Shown one piece after another: positions 17,107 through 25,691 of a stretch of DNA of 64,000 nt; the first letter of the stretch is position 1; every line of letters begins with the position of its first letter. A model generated the notes under the pieces. That model did not search any database, had not been told where the DNA came from, and worked only from the letters and a program-made list of their open reading frames with translations. A program made the translations under genes and the position numbers. Origin of the DNA: Fastidiosipila sp. Its GTDB lineage: Bacteria > Bacillota > Clostridia > Saccharofermentanales > DTU023. The stretch lies in assembly GCA_012511175.1 (NCBI GenBank), contig JAAZGO010000026.1:9073-73072 (forward strand), read 5' to 3'.

Positions 17107-18522
17107 ATGGTATTTTCATCCTTGGTCTTTTTATATGTCTTCCTGCCCGCCTGTCTGGTCGCTTCCTGGCTGACAAGCCGTACGCGCGCGCAAAACGTTT
17201 TCCTCCTCCTGGCTTCTCTCTTTTTCTACGCCTGGGGCGAACCAATTTATGTGATCCTGCTTCTCCTTACCTGCTTTGTGATCTGGCTGTGCGGGATTCT
17301 CCTGGGACGGGCGCGTTCGCGCCGTGCGCGCAGGGGCTGGCTTGTGGCAGCCATTATTTTTGCCCTGGCAAGCCTTGTCTATTTCAAATACACGGGCTTT
17401 ATGGTGGAGATTCTGAACACGCTGCCCTTTTTCAATTTTCAGGTACCTCAGATAACACTGCCGATCGGCATCTCCTTCTATACCTTCCAGGCCCTGACCT
17501 ACATCATTGATCTTTACCGGGGTGAAATCAGGATCCAACGTTCCTACGCCCGTTTTCTGCTCTATGTCTCCCTCTTTCCCCAGTTGATCGCGGGCCCCAT
17601 CGTCCGCTATGCCGACATTGAGCGGGAACTCCACCGCCGGGAAATCACTCTGGATGGGATGGCTGCAGGGATCCTGCGCTTTCTCGGGGGTCTGGCCAAG
17701 AAGGTCCTGATCGCCAACTACGCCAGTGAGATCGTCGAACTCTGCCTGGAGTCCGGGCACTTCTCCCAAATCAGTGCCGCGACTGCTATTTTGGGAATCA
17801 TGGCCTTTGCCATCCAGATCTATTTTGACTTCTCGGGCTACTCTGACATGGCCATCGGCCTGGGGCTCATGTTCGGATTTCATTTCCTTGAAAACTTTAA
17901 GCATCCTTACATCTCATCCACCATTACGGAATTCTGGCGGCGCTGGCACATCTCCCTCAGCACCTTTTTCCGGGACTATGTCTACATCCCCCTGGGCGGC
18001 AACAAACGCCACCGTTTTCGCAATACCCTGATTGTCTGGTTTTTGACCGGTCTTTGGCATGGGGCCAACCTCAACTTCGTGGTCTGGGGCCTTTATTATT
18101 TCCTGCTCCTCATGCTGGAAAGGATCCTGATCCTGCCGCACAGGGATAAGATCCCCCGCCTGATCCGTCATCTGTGGACCATGCTGGCCGTGCTGGTGGG
18201 ATGGACCTTGTTTTATTTCACAGAAACTGCCCGCTTCCTGACATTCTGGGGCAGAATCTTCGCTCCGGGGCTGGCCGGTTTTGCTGACATCGAGGCCAAG
18301 ATCCTCTGGAAACAGCACATCCTGTTCATCCTTCTTGCCGCTGTGTTTTCAACGCCACTTCTTCCCTGGATCCGCAAGCGATTCAAAGATCCGCTCCACC
18401 GGCTGGAGTACTCCCGCATGGGGGGCTTCTTGAGAACAGCCGGTGCTCTCTTTCTTCTTTTTGTATCGACGGCCTCACTGGTCGCCTCAAGCTACAATCC
18501 ATTTTTATATTTCCGATTCTAA
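17107..18522 (+). CDS. MBOAT family O-acyltransferase (AlgI/DltB-like)
   Basis: 471-aa polytopic membrane protein. FWRRWHISLSTFFRDYVYIPLGGNKR carries the conserved MBOAT His. Confidence 0.9.
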   Translation: MVFSSLVFLYVFLPACLVASWLTSRTRAQNVFLLLASLFFYAWGEPIYVILLLLTCFVIWLCGILLGRARSRRARRGWLVAAIIFALASLVYFKYTGFMVEILNTLPFFNFQVPQITLPIGISFYTFQALTYIIDLYRGEIRIQRSYARFLLYVSLFPQLIAGPIVRYADIERELHRREITLDGMAAGILRFLGGLAKKVLIANYASEIVELCLESGHFSQISAATAILGIMAFAIQIYFDFSGYSDMAIGLGLMFGFHFLENFKHPYISSTITEFWRRWHISLSTFFRDYVYIPLGGNKRHRFRNTLIVWFLTGLWHGANLNFVVWGLYYFLLLMLERILILPHRDKIPRLIRHLWTMLAVLVGWTLFYFTETARFLTFWGRIFAPGLAGFADIEAKILWKQHILFILLAAVFSTPLLPWIRKRFKDPLHRLEYSRMGGFLRTAGALFLLFVSTASLVASSYNPFLYFRF

Positions 18523-18539
18523 GGTCGTAAGGTGAACCG

Positions 18540-19883
18540 ATGCGCACACGTCAAACAAATCAGTCCATCCTGGTCATAGGCTTTCTGGTCACCCTCCTTG
18601 TCATCGGGGTCCTGCACCTGATCCTTCCCGAGCAGGCTGTTTCCGAAGATGAGGGGCGAGCCCTGGCTCACTTCCCCAAGCTTTCCTACGCTGATGCCCT
18701 GACGGGGGAACAGGCGGTCAAGATTGAAAAATGGTACAACGATCAATTCCCCTTCCGGGAGAACTTCATCCAGGCAGGCAAGGGCTGGCGCAGCCTGGCC
18801 TACCCCAACCTGAACACAGATGGCATGGCGATTTACCTGATTCCGGATGAAGAGGGAACTTTCGCCCCCGACCCAACCGAACCCCCGCCCACGGCTCCCC
18901 CTCCCACAAGCGAACCGGCAGAGGAAACGCCGGCGACAACGGAAACCCTGCTGCCAACCGAAGCCCCTGAACCGCCGCCCCTTGACCCTTTCGGAGAAGT
19001 GACCACCACCAAGGGACTGATCATCATCAACAACCGGGCCATGGAACGCTACTACGGGAACGAAGAAAGACTCAAGGCCTATGGGGAACGCCTCAACCGG
19101 TTGAATGAAAAGCTGGGCAGCGGCACGCAGCTTTACAGCCTGATCGCGCCCACGGCCATCGAACTCTACGCGCCCGATGAGCATCATTCCGGTTACTCAT
19201 CTCAGAAACTTTGCATCGGCATTGTCAATGACACGCTGGATCCGGATATCCGCGCTGTCCAGGCTTATGACAAATTGCTCTTTCACCGCGATCAGTATAT
19301 CTATTACCGGACCGACCATCACTGGACAGGGTTGGGCGCCTATTACGCCTACGCCGCATTTTGCGAGTCAGCCGGCTTTGAGGCGGCAGGCCTGGAGGAG
19401 ATGGAGCATTACCAGATTGAAGGCACTTACCTGGGCTCCCTCTACCGTGTTTCGAAGAACGCTGTCCTGAAGGACAAGCCTGATACCACCGAGGGCTGGA
19501 AACCCAATGCCGAGTACACGGCGACCGCCTGGGACAACAGCGAGATGACGGTCACCTACAAAATCCGGCTGAATGACGAAAGAGTCAAGGGCGGCAACAG
19601 CTACCTCAATTTTTCCGGCGGTGACCGGGCCCTTTTGAAAATTGAAACCAATCACCAATCCGGCCGCAAGATCCTTCTGGTCAAAGATTCTTTCGGGAAT
19701 GCCTTCGTCCCTTATCTTGCCAATCATTTTGACGAGATCTATGTGATCGATCCCCGCTATTACGTCCGCAGCATGACTGACCTGATCCGGCGCGAGGGAA
19801 TTACCGATGTGCTCATCCTCAATTACATGTTCGGCACTTCCAATCAGACCTGGCTCTCAGGCTTTGACCTGATCGCAAAATAG
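18540..19883 (+). CDS. DHHW family protein (AlgX/AlgJ-like partner of MBOAT)
   Basis: 447 aa. N-terminal TM anchor, a Pro/Thr/Glu-rich linker, and the YRTDHHWTGLGAYYAY motif. Confidence 0.8.
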   Translation: MRTRQTNQSILVIGFLVTLLVIGVLHLILPEQAVSEDEGRALAHFPKLSYADALTGEQAVKIEKWYNDQFPFRENFIQAGKGWRSLAYPNLNTDGMAIYLIPDEEGTFAPDPTEPPPTAPPPTSEPAEETPATTETLLPTEAPEPPPLDPFGEVTTTKGLIIINNRAMERYYGNEERLKAYGERLNRLNEKLGSGTQLYSLIAPTAIELYAPDEHHSGYSSQKLCIGIVNDTLDPDIRAVQAYDKLLFHRDQYIYYRTDHHWTGLGAYYAYAAFCESAGFEAAGLEEMEHYQIEGTYLGSLYRVSKNAVLKDKPDTTEGWKPNAEYTATAWDNSEMTVTYKIRLNDERVKGGNSYLNFSGGDRALLKIETNHQSGRKILLVKDSFGNAFVPYLANHFDEIYVIDPRYYVRSMTDLIRREGITDVLILNYMFGTSNQTWLSGFDLIAK

Positions 19884-19930
19884 GACCGCTTCCGTGTTAA
19901 ACTGTCCGAAACAACAAAAGGAGTTTTGAT

Positions 19931-20422
19931 ATGACCCTTACGATTCCATCGTTTCCCTTGTCTTTCGACGACTTTGTGACCCTGGCGCAAGACATGATGA
20001 AAAACCCCCAGGGCACCGCGGCCCTCCTGATCATCGCGCTCAAAACCTACATTGATGACAGGGAAAAGGGCCTTGAAATTTTGAATTACCTTCACGGACC
20101 AAGGCCCCTGTCTGTCCGTGATCAGCAGTTTATCCGCGACCGCATGATGGACAAGCCCTATCTGCCCGACTCCTACCTGGCAGGTGCCAGGCCGAAAAAC
20201 AACTACACCCCGGATCAACCCCTGTCCATCCAGGTGCTGCCCGATCCGATCCCCGCTGAAAGCGATGAATTCGCCAGGGTCCGCCTTATGTCATCGGGGG
20301 CTGACAGCCCTCGTATTGTCACGCTCAGGCGCCAGGCTTCCGGAGATGTGTGGTTCCTGTGGGACTACCCTGCCGTTGTGACCGGTATCCGGCTCCCAGC
20401 CAAAGAAGATCCCTGGTCATAG
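19931..20422 (+). CDS. hypothetical protein (third gene of the MBOAT/DHHW cluster)
   Basis: 163-aa ORF with coding-like G/C third positions. No motif recognised. Confidence 0.5.
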   Translation: MTLTIPSFPLSFDDFVTLAQDMMKNPQGTAALLIIALKTYIDDREKGLEILNYLHGPRPLSVRDQQFIRDRMMDKPYLPDSYLAGARPKNNYTPDQPLSIQVLPDPIPAESDEFARVRLMSSGADSPRIVTLRRQASGDVWFLWDYPAVVTGIRLPAKEDPWS

Positions 20423-20431
20423 ACCGGTCCA

Positions 20432-21616
20432 TTATTTGATCCGCGCGACACCCGTCGCGACAGCCGCTTCATAGACGGCCCGCGCGACCGTTTCCCTGAG
20501 GCGCGGATCTGCCGGTTCCGGCAGAATCCGGTCCCTGTGAAGCCCCTCCTCACCGGCCAGCCTGGCCAAAGCCATGGCCGCCGCCCGCTTCATGGCATCG
20601 TTGATGTCGGAGGCCCTGGCATCAAAGACACCCCGGAAAATGGCGGGAAAGGCCAGCACATTGTTGATCTGGTTGGGGTAGTCGGACCGGCCCGTGGCAA
20701 CGATGAATGCGCCGGCCTTTTTTGCCTCCGCCGGATCAATCTCGGGATCCGGATTGGCGCAGGCAAAGACAACCGGATCGGGAGCCATGGCTCTGATCAT
20801 GTCACCGGTGACCAGGCCAGGTCCAGAAAGCCCGATCAGGACGTCGGCGCCTCTGAGCGCATCAGCCAGACTTCCATGTAGACCTCTTTTATTGGTGAGT
20901 ACTGCCAGCTCATTTTTCTCGTCATTCATGCCAGGCCGCCCCGTCCGGAGTATTCCCCCGCGGTCGCAGATAAGAAGATCTTTTGCGCCGAACTCCATCA
21001 GGAGGCGGGCAACGGCTGAGGAGGCGGCGCCCGCCCCGCTGAATACAATCCGCGCCTCGTTCATGGTCCTGCCCGTCAATTTCAAGGCGTTGATCAGGGC
21101 GGCCAGCACCACCACGGCCGTGCCGTGCTGATCGTCATGAAAGACGGGAATGTCGCAGACTGCCTTCAGCCTTCTTTCAATTTCAAAACAGCGCGGGGCC
21201 GAGATGTCCTCCAGATTGATCCCCCCAAAACTCCCCGACAGCAGCTGGATGGTCCGGACGATTTCATCGGTGTCTTTTGACCGGATGCAGAGAGGGAAAG
21301 CATCCACGTCGCCGAATGCCTTGAAGAGGACACACTTGCCCTCCATGACCGGCATGGCAGCCTCAGGCCCGATGTCGCCCAGGCCAAGAACGGCCGACCC
21401 GTCGGTCACAACCAGGCACAGATTCCAGCGCCGGGTCAGGTCATAGGATTTCGCGGGATCCCCGGCGATGGCCAGGCAGGGGGCCGCTACCCCCGGTGTA
21501 TAGGCGATGGCAAGATCTTCCTTTGAACTCACGCTGACCCGGGGGATCACCTCAATTTTCCCCCGCCAGCGCGCGTGTGCTTCCATGGCTCTGGCTTCAT
21601 AACAGTGTTCCGGCAT
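20432..21616 (-). CDS. NAD(P)-dependent malic enzyme
   Basis: Motifs YTPGVA, DGSAVLGLGDIGPEAAMPVMEGK and GAGAASSAV. ATG 21616 (GAGGG 7 nt upstream) is preferred over the track's GTG at 21643. Confidence 0.9.
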   Translation of the reverse strand: MPEHCYEARAMEAHARWRGKIEVIPRVSVSSKEDLAIAYTPGVAAPCLAIAGDPAKSYDLTRRWNLCLVVTDGSAVLGLGDIGPEAAMPVMEGKCVLFKAFGDVDAFPLCIRSKDTDEIVRTIQLLSGSFGGINLEDISAPRCFEIERRLKAVCDIPVFHDDQHGTAVVVLAALINALKLTGRTMNEARIVFSGAGAASSAVARLLMEFGAKDLLICDRGGILRTGRPGMNDEKNELAVLTNKRGLHGSLADALRGADVLIGLSGPGLVTGDMIRAMAPDPVVFACANPDPEIDPAEAKKAGAFIVATGRSDYPNQINNVLAFPAIFRGVFDARASDINDAMKRAAAMALARLAGEEGLHRDRILPEPADPRLRETVARAVYEAAVATGVARIK

Positions 21617-21695
21617 CATTAATCCCTCGCTTTTCGTCCTCACTCGGGTCTTTTATCTTGCGCAAAAAGACATCCTCATGGTAGCATGTGCACAG

Positions 21696-21710
21696 TTATA
21701 ATAATTATGA
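21696..21710. promoter_or_regulatory. PerR/Fur-type box 1
   Basis: TTATAATAATTATGA versus the Bacillus PerR box TTATAATNATTATAA; one mismatch. Confidence 0.6.
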
Positions 21711-21712
21711 CT

Positions 21713-21727
21713 TTGTAATCATTATAA
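21713..21727. promoter_or_regulatory. PerR/Fur-type box 2 (inside the palindrome ATGACTTT-11 nt-AAAGTCAT, 21707-21733)
   Basis: TTGTAATCATTATAA; one mismatch to the PerR box consensus. Its centre is 17 bp from box 1. Confidence 0.6.
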
Positions 21728-21792
21728 AGTCATAAAGGAAGACTGCCCCCTCGGGGATCAGGCAGAACAGACACAGAAAGGAATCGTGAAAA

Positions 21793-22401
21793 ATGCCAAT
21801 GGTCGGAAAACAGGCCCCCTTGTTCGAAGCAGGCGCCTACTACAAGGGGAAGTTCACCAAGGTGAAACTGGAGGACTACAAAGGTCAATGGGTGATGCTC
21901 TGCTTCTATCCCGGCGACTTTACCTTTGTCTGAGGGACAGAGGTGTCTGCAGTTGCAGCCAAGTATGAAGAATTTGAGAAACTGGGCGTACAGGTCCTGT
22001 CGATCTCGGTTGACAGCGAATTCGTCCACAAGATCTGGAATGACGTCGAGCTGTCGAGAATTGCCGGCAGGGATGTTCCCTTCCCCATGCTGTCCGACTC
22101 CTCGGGCGCCATCGGTGAACTCTATGGCGTCTATGACCGGGAGGCGGGCGTCAATGTCCGCGGCCGTTTCATCATCGATCCCGATGGCAAGATCCAGGCC
22201 ATGGAGGTCCTGACGCCTCCGGTCGGAAGAAACGTCTCAGAAGCCATCCGCCAGATCAAGGCCTACCAGCTGGTACGCAAGACAGGCGGCAAGGAAGTTA
22301 CGCCTTCAGGCTGGCAGGAGGGCGGCAAAACACTTAAACCCGGTATCGGCCTGGTCGGGAAAATCGCTGATCACTGGACGGTCGCCGACTCCTACAAGTG
22401 A
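21793..22401 (+). CDS. prxU: selenocysteine-containing peroxiredoxin (in-frame UGA at codon 47)
   Basis: Read by hand from ATG 21793: [77 protein letters not shown]... The stretch upstream of TGA and the track ORF 21943-22401 are in the same frame. Together they form a full-length 2-Cys-type Prx fold, with TGA exactly at the peroxidatic Cys of FYPxDFTFVCPTE. Confidence 0.8.
21931..21933 (+). other. in-frame TGA read as selenocysteine
   Basis: It replaces the peroxidatic Cys codon. Sequence on both sides is conserved Prx. Confidence 0.75.
21936..21961 (+). promoter_or_regulatory. candidate SECIS region (small hairpins just 3' of the UGA)
   Basis: GACA-GAGG-TGTC (21936-21947) and CTGC-AGTT-GCAG (21947-21958, extendable by 2 bp past a mismatch). 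The stems are short and the fold was not computed. Confidence 0.3.
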
Positions 22402-22431
22402 GTTGAGCCGAAAGAGGAAAGAAGCCGCAAC

Positions 22432-22857
22432 ATGGGCTCAAAGACGGTCGATCTGCTGAAAGAGCACGGAATTAATCCTTCCAGCCAAAGGGTGCATATT
22501 TACCATTACCTGGCGGCCTCCAAGGAACATCCGACGGTTGATGACATTTACGCAGAACTGCAAAAGGACGGCCATCTCTTCTCGCGGGCCACCGTCTACA
22601 ACACGGTCAACCTTTTTCTTGAAAAAGGCTTGATCCGCCCGGTCAAGGTGGAGGCCCACGAAATGCGCTTTGACGCCACCCCGGGTTTTCACGCTCATTT
22701 CAAATGCGAATCCTGCGGCCTTATTTTGGATATTCCCATGAAGGAACCGCTGCCAGATGACACAGGCGGGCTTGAGATCCGCCGGACCAGTGTAATTTTC
22801 AGCGGTCTATGCGGCCAATGCCTAGAGAGTCAAGGCGGCAGGCAAAGCGGGCTTTGA
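22432..22857 (+). CDS. perR: Fur-family transcriptional regulator, PerR-like
   Basis: 141 aa. N-terminal wHTH (SQRVHIYHYLAASKEHPTVDDIY), HAHFKCESCG and a second CxxC (LCGQC). It sits downstream of prxU, behind PerR boxes. Confidence 0.75.
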   Translation: MGSKTVDLLKEHGINPSSQRVHIYHYLAASKEHPTVDDIYAELQKDGHLFSRATVYNTVNLFLEKGLIRPVKVEAHEMRFDATPGFHAHFKCESCGLILDIPMKEPLPDDTGGLEIRRTSVIFSGLCGQCLESQGGRQSGL

Positions 22858-22869
22858 TCTTCCGCTGAT

Positions 22870-22902
22870 CCCCGGCCGCAATAAGCGGCCGGGGAGTTTT
22901 TT
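22870..22902. terminator. hairpin + T-run after perR
   Basis: CCCCGGCCGC-aataa-GCGGCCGGGG followed by AGTTTTTT. Confidence 0.75.
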
Positions 22903-24377
22903 CAGCGGTCTGTCAGGGGGATTTCCAGCTGAATCCTGCCATCACGCCGGACACGGGGAATCTTATTTTTCCGGAAGTACTCAATCACATTATCCTGGGC
23001 CGAGGTGCTGACTACCCGCACGCGGCCCTTTTCCGCCAACTCTTCCTGGCTGATCCCGAATGTATCGGCGATGATGCCAAAATGATAGTCCTGCATGGCA
23101 ATCCGGTAATCCGCTTCTGGGTCAAGCGGATTGCCTTTCATCAGGATTTCCCCGATCTCCCCGTCCCCGCCGACCCGGACCCGGAGTTCCGCGTTCCATT
23201 GGTAAAATTCACGCGATCCCTCCCTGTGCAAGGTCCGCATCAGATGCGCCAGCATGTCTTCCAGTACCCGGCCGGTGACAGAGAAGCTGATCATGGCCTC
23301 ATCGTAGGGGTAAAGCTCCATCAAGTCGGACCGGGTCACCAGGCGCGACAGTTTGGGCTTGCGGATGGAACCCGAGGCAATAAATACAATATCGACCCCC
23401 AGCTGGAAACGGAGAATATCCGAAAATAAATTGCCGAGTTCTGTTTCGCGGAAGCGGTCCGCGTGTTCCATCTCGTGCGGCAGCCGGCAGATCACCGTAT
23501 TATACTTGCCATCCACCTCTTCCTGGTACTTGGACAGGAGCTCTTCCATGACGGGGTCAGCCGGACAATGCGTGTCATCGATGGGGACCGCCTGCCAGGA
23601 AAATTCGTGGACCGAATTGGTATCCATGTTGATGACAAGATCGAAACGGCCGATAAAATCGGTTCCCGACCCCACCTGGGCGATCAGGATATCATTGACG
23701 CGCTCGGGCGTTTCCAGCATGGTGTGGCTGTGTCCGCCGATGATGAGATCCACACCGATTTCAGGCGGCAGGAGCGCGGCCAGTTTCTTATCCTGCTCGA
23801 AGCCGATATGTGTTAAGAGAACAGTCAGGTCGATGTCGACGTCCTTGTAGCTGTTGCAGATGTACTCAACTTCTTCCGCGGCGTCCTCGATGCTGATAAA
23901 AGTACCGACCAGGGGCTCGCTCTTGCTTTTGGCGATTACTTCCTCGGTGACAATCCCGATGAAAAGTATCCTGATTCCGTCTGTTTCAATGATGTGGTAG
24001 GGCTTGAAGAGGTTGGCGCCCGTCGGCTTGATATAAAGGTTGGCGTTGACGATGGGAAAGTTGGCACAGCGTTCCAGGAACATGAGGTGTGAGAAGCCAT
24101 AGTCAGTCTCATGGTTGCCCAGTGTCACCACATCGGGCTCCAGCATGTTCATGACCAAGATGGTTGAAATCCCCCGGTATTCCTGATCGATGATGGATCC
24201 CTGGAGCATGTCTCCCGAGATGACGTAGAGAACCGGATCAGTCTCCTCTTCCCTGACCTTGTGAACATAGCCTGAGAGCCGGCTCATGCCGCCGACCATC
24301 TTGTCGTGGGTTTCCTTGGCGAAAAAATCGCCGTGCATGTCATTGGAATGAAGCAATACCAGCTTTCTCAGATCCAT
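22902..24377 (-). CDS. bifunctional metallophosphatase/5'-nucleotidase family protein
   Basis: 491 aa. Motifs HSNDMHGDF, GDMLQG, GNHETDYG and GGHSH, plus a C-terminal nucleotidase domain. No signal peptide. Confidence 0.85.
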   Translation of the reverse strand: MDLRKLVLLHSNDMHGDFFAKETHDKMVGGMSRLSGYVHKVREEETDPVLYVISGDMLQGSIIDQEYRGISTILVMNMLEPDVVTLGNHETDYGFSHLMFLERCANFPIVNANLYIKPTGANLFKPYHIIETDGIRILFIGIVTEEVIAKSKSEPLVGTFISIEDAAEEVEYICNSYKDVDIDLTVLLTHIGFEQDKKLAALLPPEIGVDLIIGGHSHTMLETPERVNDILIAQVGSGTDFIGRFDLVINMDTNSVHEFSWQAVPIDDTHCPADPVMEELLSKYQEEVDGKYNTVICRLPHEMEHADRFRETELGNLFSDILRFQLGVDIVFIASGSIRKPKLSRLVTRSDLMELYPYDEAMISFSVTGRVLEDMLAHLMRTLHREGSREFYQWNAELRVRVGGDGEIGEILMKGNPLDPEADYRIAMQDYHFGIIADTFGISQEELAEKGRVRVVSTSAQDNVIEYFRKNKIPRVRRDGRIQLEIPLTDR

Positions 24378-24522
24378 TCACCAACCTCCGCAAAGTGGCG
24401 GGCGGGCGTTTCCCGCCCTCTCTTTTTCCCCCAAAATATAGCACAGGAAAGGCTCTGCGGACCTTCTTTTTCCCACTCCCGGTATATGATAATTTTTAAT
24501 CGATAATTTAAGACTGAATGGA

Positions 24523-24550
24523 TTGACATTCGCGATTCCTTATTTATAAT
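24523..24550 (+). promoter_or_regulatory. near-consensus sigma-A promoter of the lipoprotein/apbE genes
   Basis: TTGACA, 16-nt spacer, TATAAT. A GGAGGAGG RBS precedes ATG 24595. Confidence 0.6.
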
Positions 24551-24594
24551 GGATACGTGGCAAAAATTGTCATAATTTTGGAGGAGGAAATCCT

Positions 24595-25605
24595 ATGAAA
24601 AAAATAATCGTTTTAATCCTCGTTGCCGTCCTGGCTCTTGGATTGGTTGCCTGCAGCAAGAAGCCCGCCAAGGTTGAAGGCGCGGTCAAAACCGGTTTCG
24701 GAGTCGGCTTCAGCAACTACAATTCAAAAGACTTTGATGAAGACGTGGGAAAAGGCACCGTCGACTCGCAGGCCTATGCGGCAGCCGTCATGGTCGATAA
24801 GGACGGCAAGGTGGTCAAGTGCACCATTGACGCCATGATGTCCCAATTCGCATTCAATGAGGAAGAGATCCTGACCGGGCCTGAAACGGTTTTCAAGACC
24901 AAAAATGAACTCGGTGACGACTATGGCATGAGAAAAGCTTCACCGATCGGCAAAGAGTGGTTTGAACAGGCAGCGGCCTTCGCGGAATACTGCGTCGGCA
25001 AGACGGCCGATGAGATCAAAAATATCGCTGTTTCCGATGACGGCAAGGCGACCGACAAGGATCTGACCTCTTCTGTCACCGTTCCGGTCAAGGGCTACCA
25101 GGATCCCGTCCTCATGGCCATCGCCAATGCCCAGGACCTGGGCGCGCAGGCCACCGACAAGCTGGGGCTGGGCATTGTGGGAACCGGCGAGCAAACCGTT
25201 GTCAAAGAAGATGACGGCGCGCCCGCGACAGCTGTCGCTTACAACCATTATTGCGTGCTGACCCTGGACGCCGACGGCAAGATCACCTCCTGCATCTTTG
25301 ATGCCTCCCAGGGCAAGTTCAAGGTCGAGGACGGCAAGATCACGACCGACCTGATGGCGGAAATCAAGACCAAGAACGCCTTGGGTGATGATTACGGGAT
25401 GAGAAAAGCATCTCCCATCAAGAAAGAGTGGAATGAACAGGCTGAGGCCTTTGCCAAGTACGTTACCGGCAAAAAGGTTGATGAAGTCGGCGGCATGAGC
25501 CTGAAAGAAGGAGCTCCTGACGTGGCGGACCTCTCCTCCTCCTGCACCATGCACGTGGTCGACCTGATCGGCGCGGTCAACAAGGCTGCCGCTTCCGCCA
25601 AGTAA
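24595..25605 (+). CDS. lipoprotein with two tandem FMN_bind-like domains
   Basis: Signal peptide plus lipobox (LGLVAC). Internal duplication: KTKNELGDDYGMRKASPIGKEWFEQAAAFAEYCVGKTADEI...DLTSSVTV versus KTKNALGDDYGMRKASPIKKEWNEQAEAFAKYVTGKKVDEV...DLSSSCTM. Confidence 0.75.
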   Translation: MKKIIVLILVAVLALGLVACSKKPAKVEGAVKTGFGVGFSNYNSKDFDEDVGKGTVDSQAYAAAVMVDKDGKVVKCTIDAMMSQFAFNEEEILTGPETVFKTKNELGDDYGMRKASPIGKEWFEQAAAFAEYCVGKTADEIKNIAVSDDGKATDKDLTSSVTVPVKGYQDPVLMAIANAQDLGAQATDKLGLGIVGTGEQTVVKEDDGAPATAVAYNHYCVLTLDADGKITSCIFDASQGKFKVEDGKITTDLMAEIKTKNALGDDYGMRKASPIKKEWNEQAEAFAKYVTGKKVDEVGGMSLKEGAPDVADLSSSCTMHVVDLIGAVNKAAASAK

Positions 25606-25627
25606 TTATTGAGGCGCAAAAGTTTTC

Positions 25628-25662
25628 AAACAGGCTGTTTCCAAAGAAGAAACAGCCTGTTT
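25628..25662 (+). terminator. 14-bp hairpin between the lipoprotein gene and apbE (possible attenuating terminator)
   Basis: AAACAGGCTGTTTC-7 nt-GAAACAGCCTGTTT, with only a weak T-tract after it. Confidence 0.4.
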
Positions 25663-25691
25663 CCTTGTCTCGCAAAACAGGCGGAGCAGCT

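Noticed and set aside
18850-18990. Pro/Thr/Glu-rich repetitive stretch inside the DHHW gene, considered as a tandem DNA repeat.
   Set aside because: It is a low-complexity linker (PTEPPPTAPPPTSEPAEETPATTE) with no exact DNA repeat unit, consistent with an extracytoplasmic stalk.
21786-21968. A 60-aa ORF (GTG 21786) overlapping the prxU N-terminus.
   Set aside because: It is out of frame with the conserved Prx sequence. The +1 frame from ATG 21793 gives a canonical peroxiredoxin N-terminus up to the TGA.
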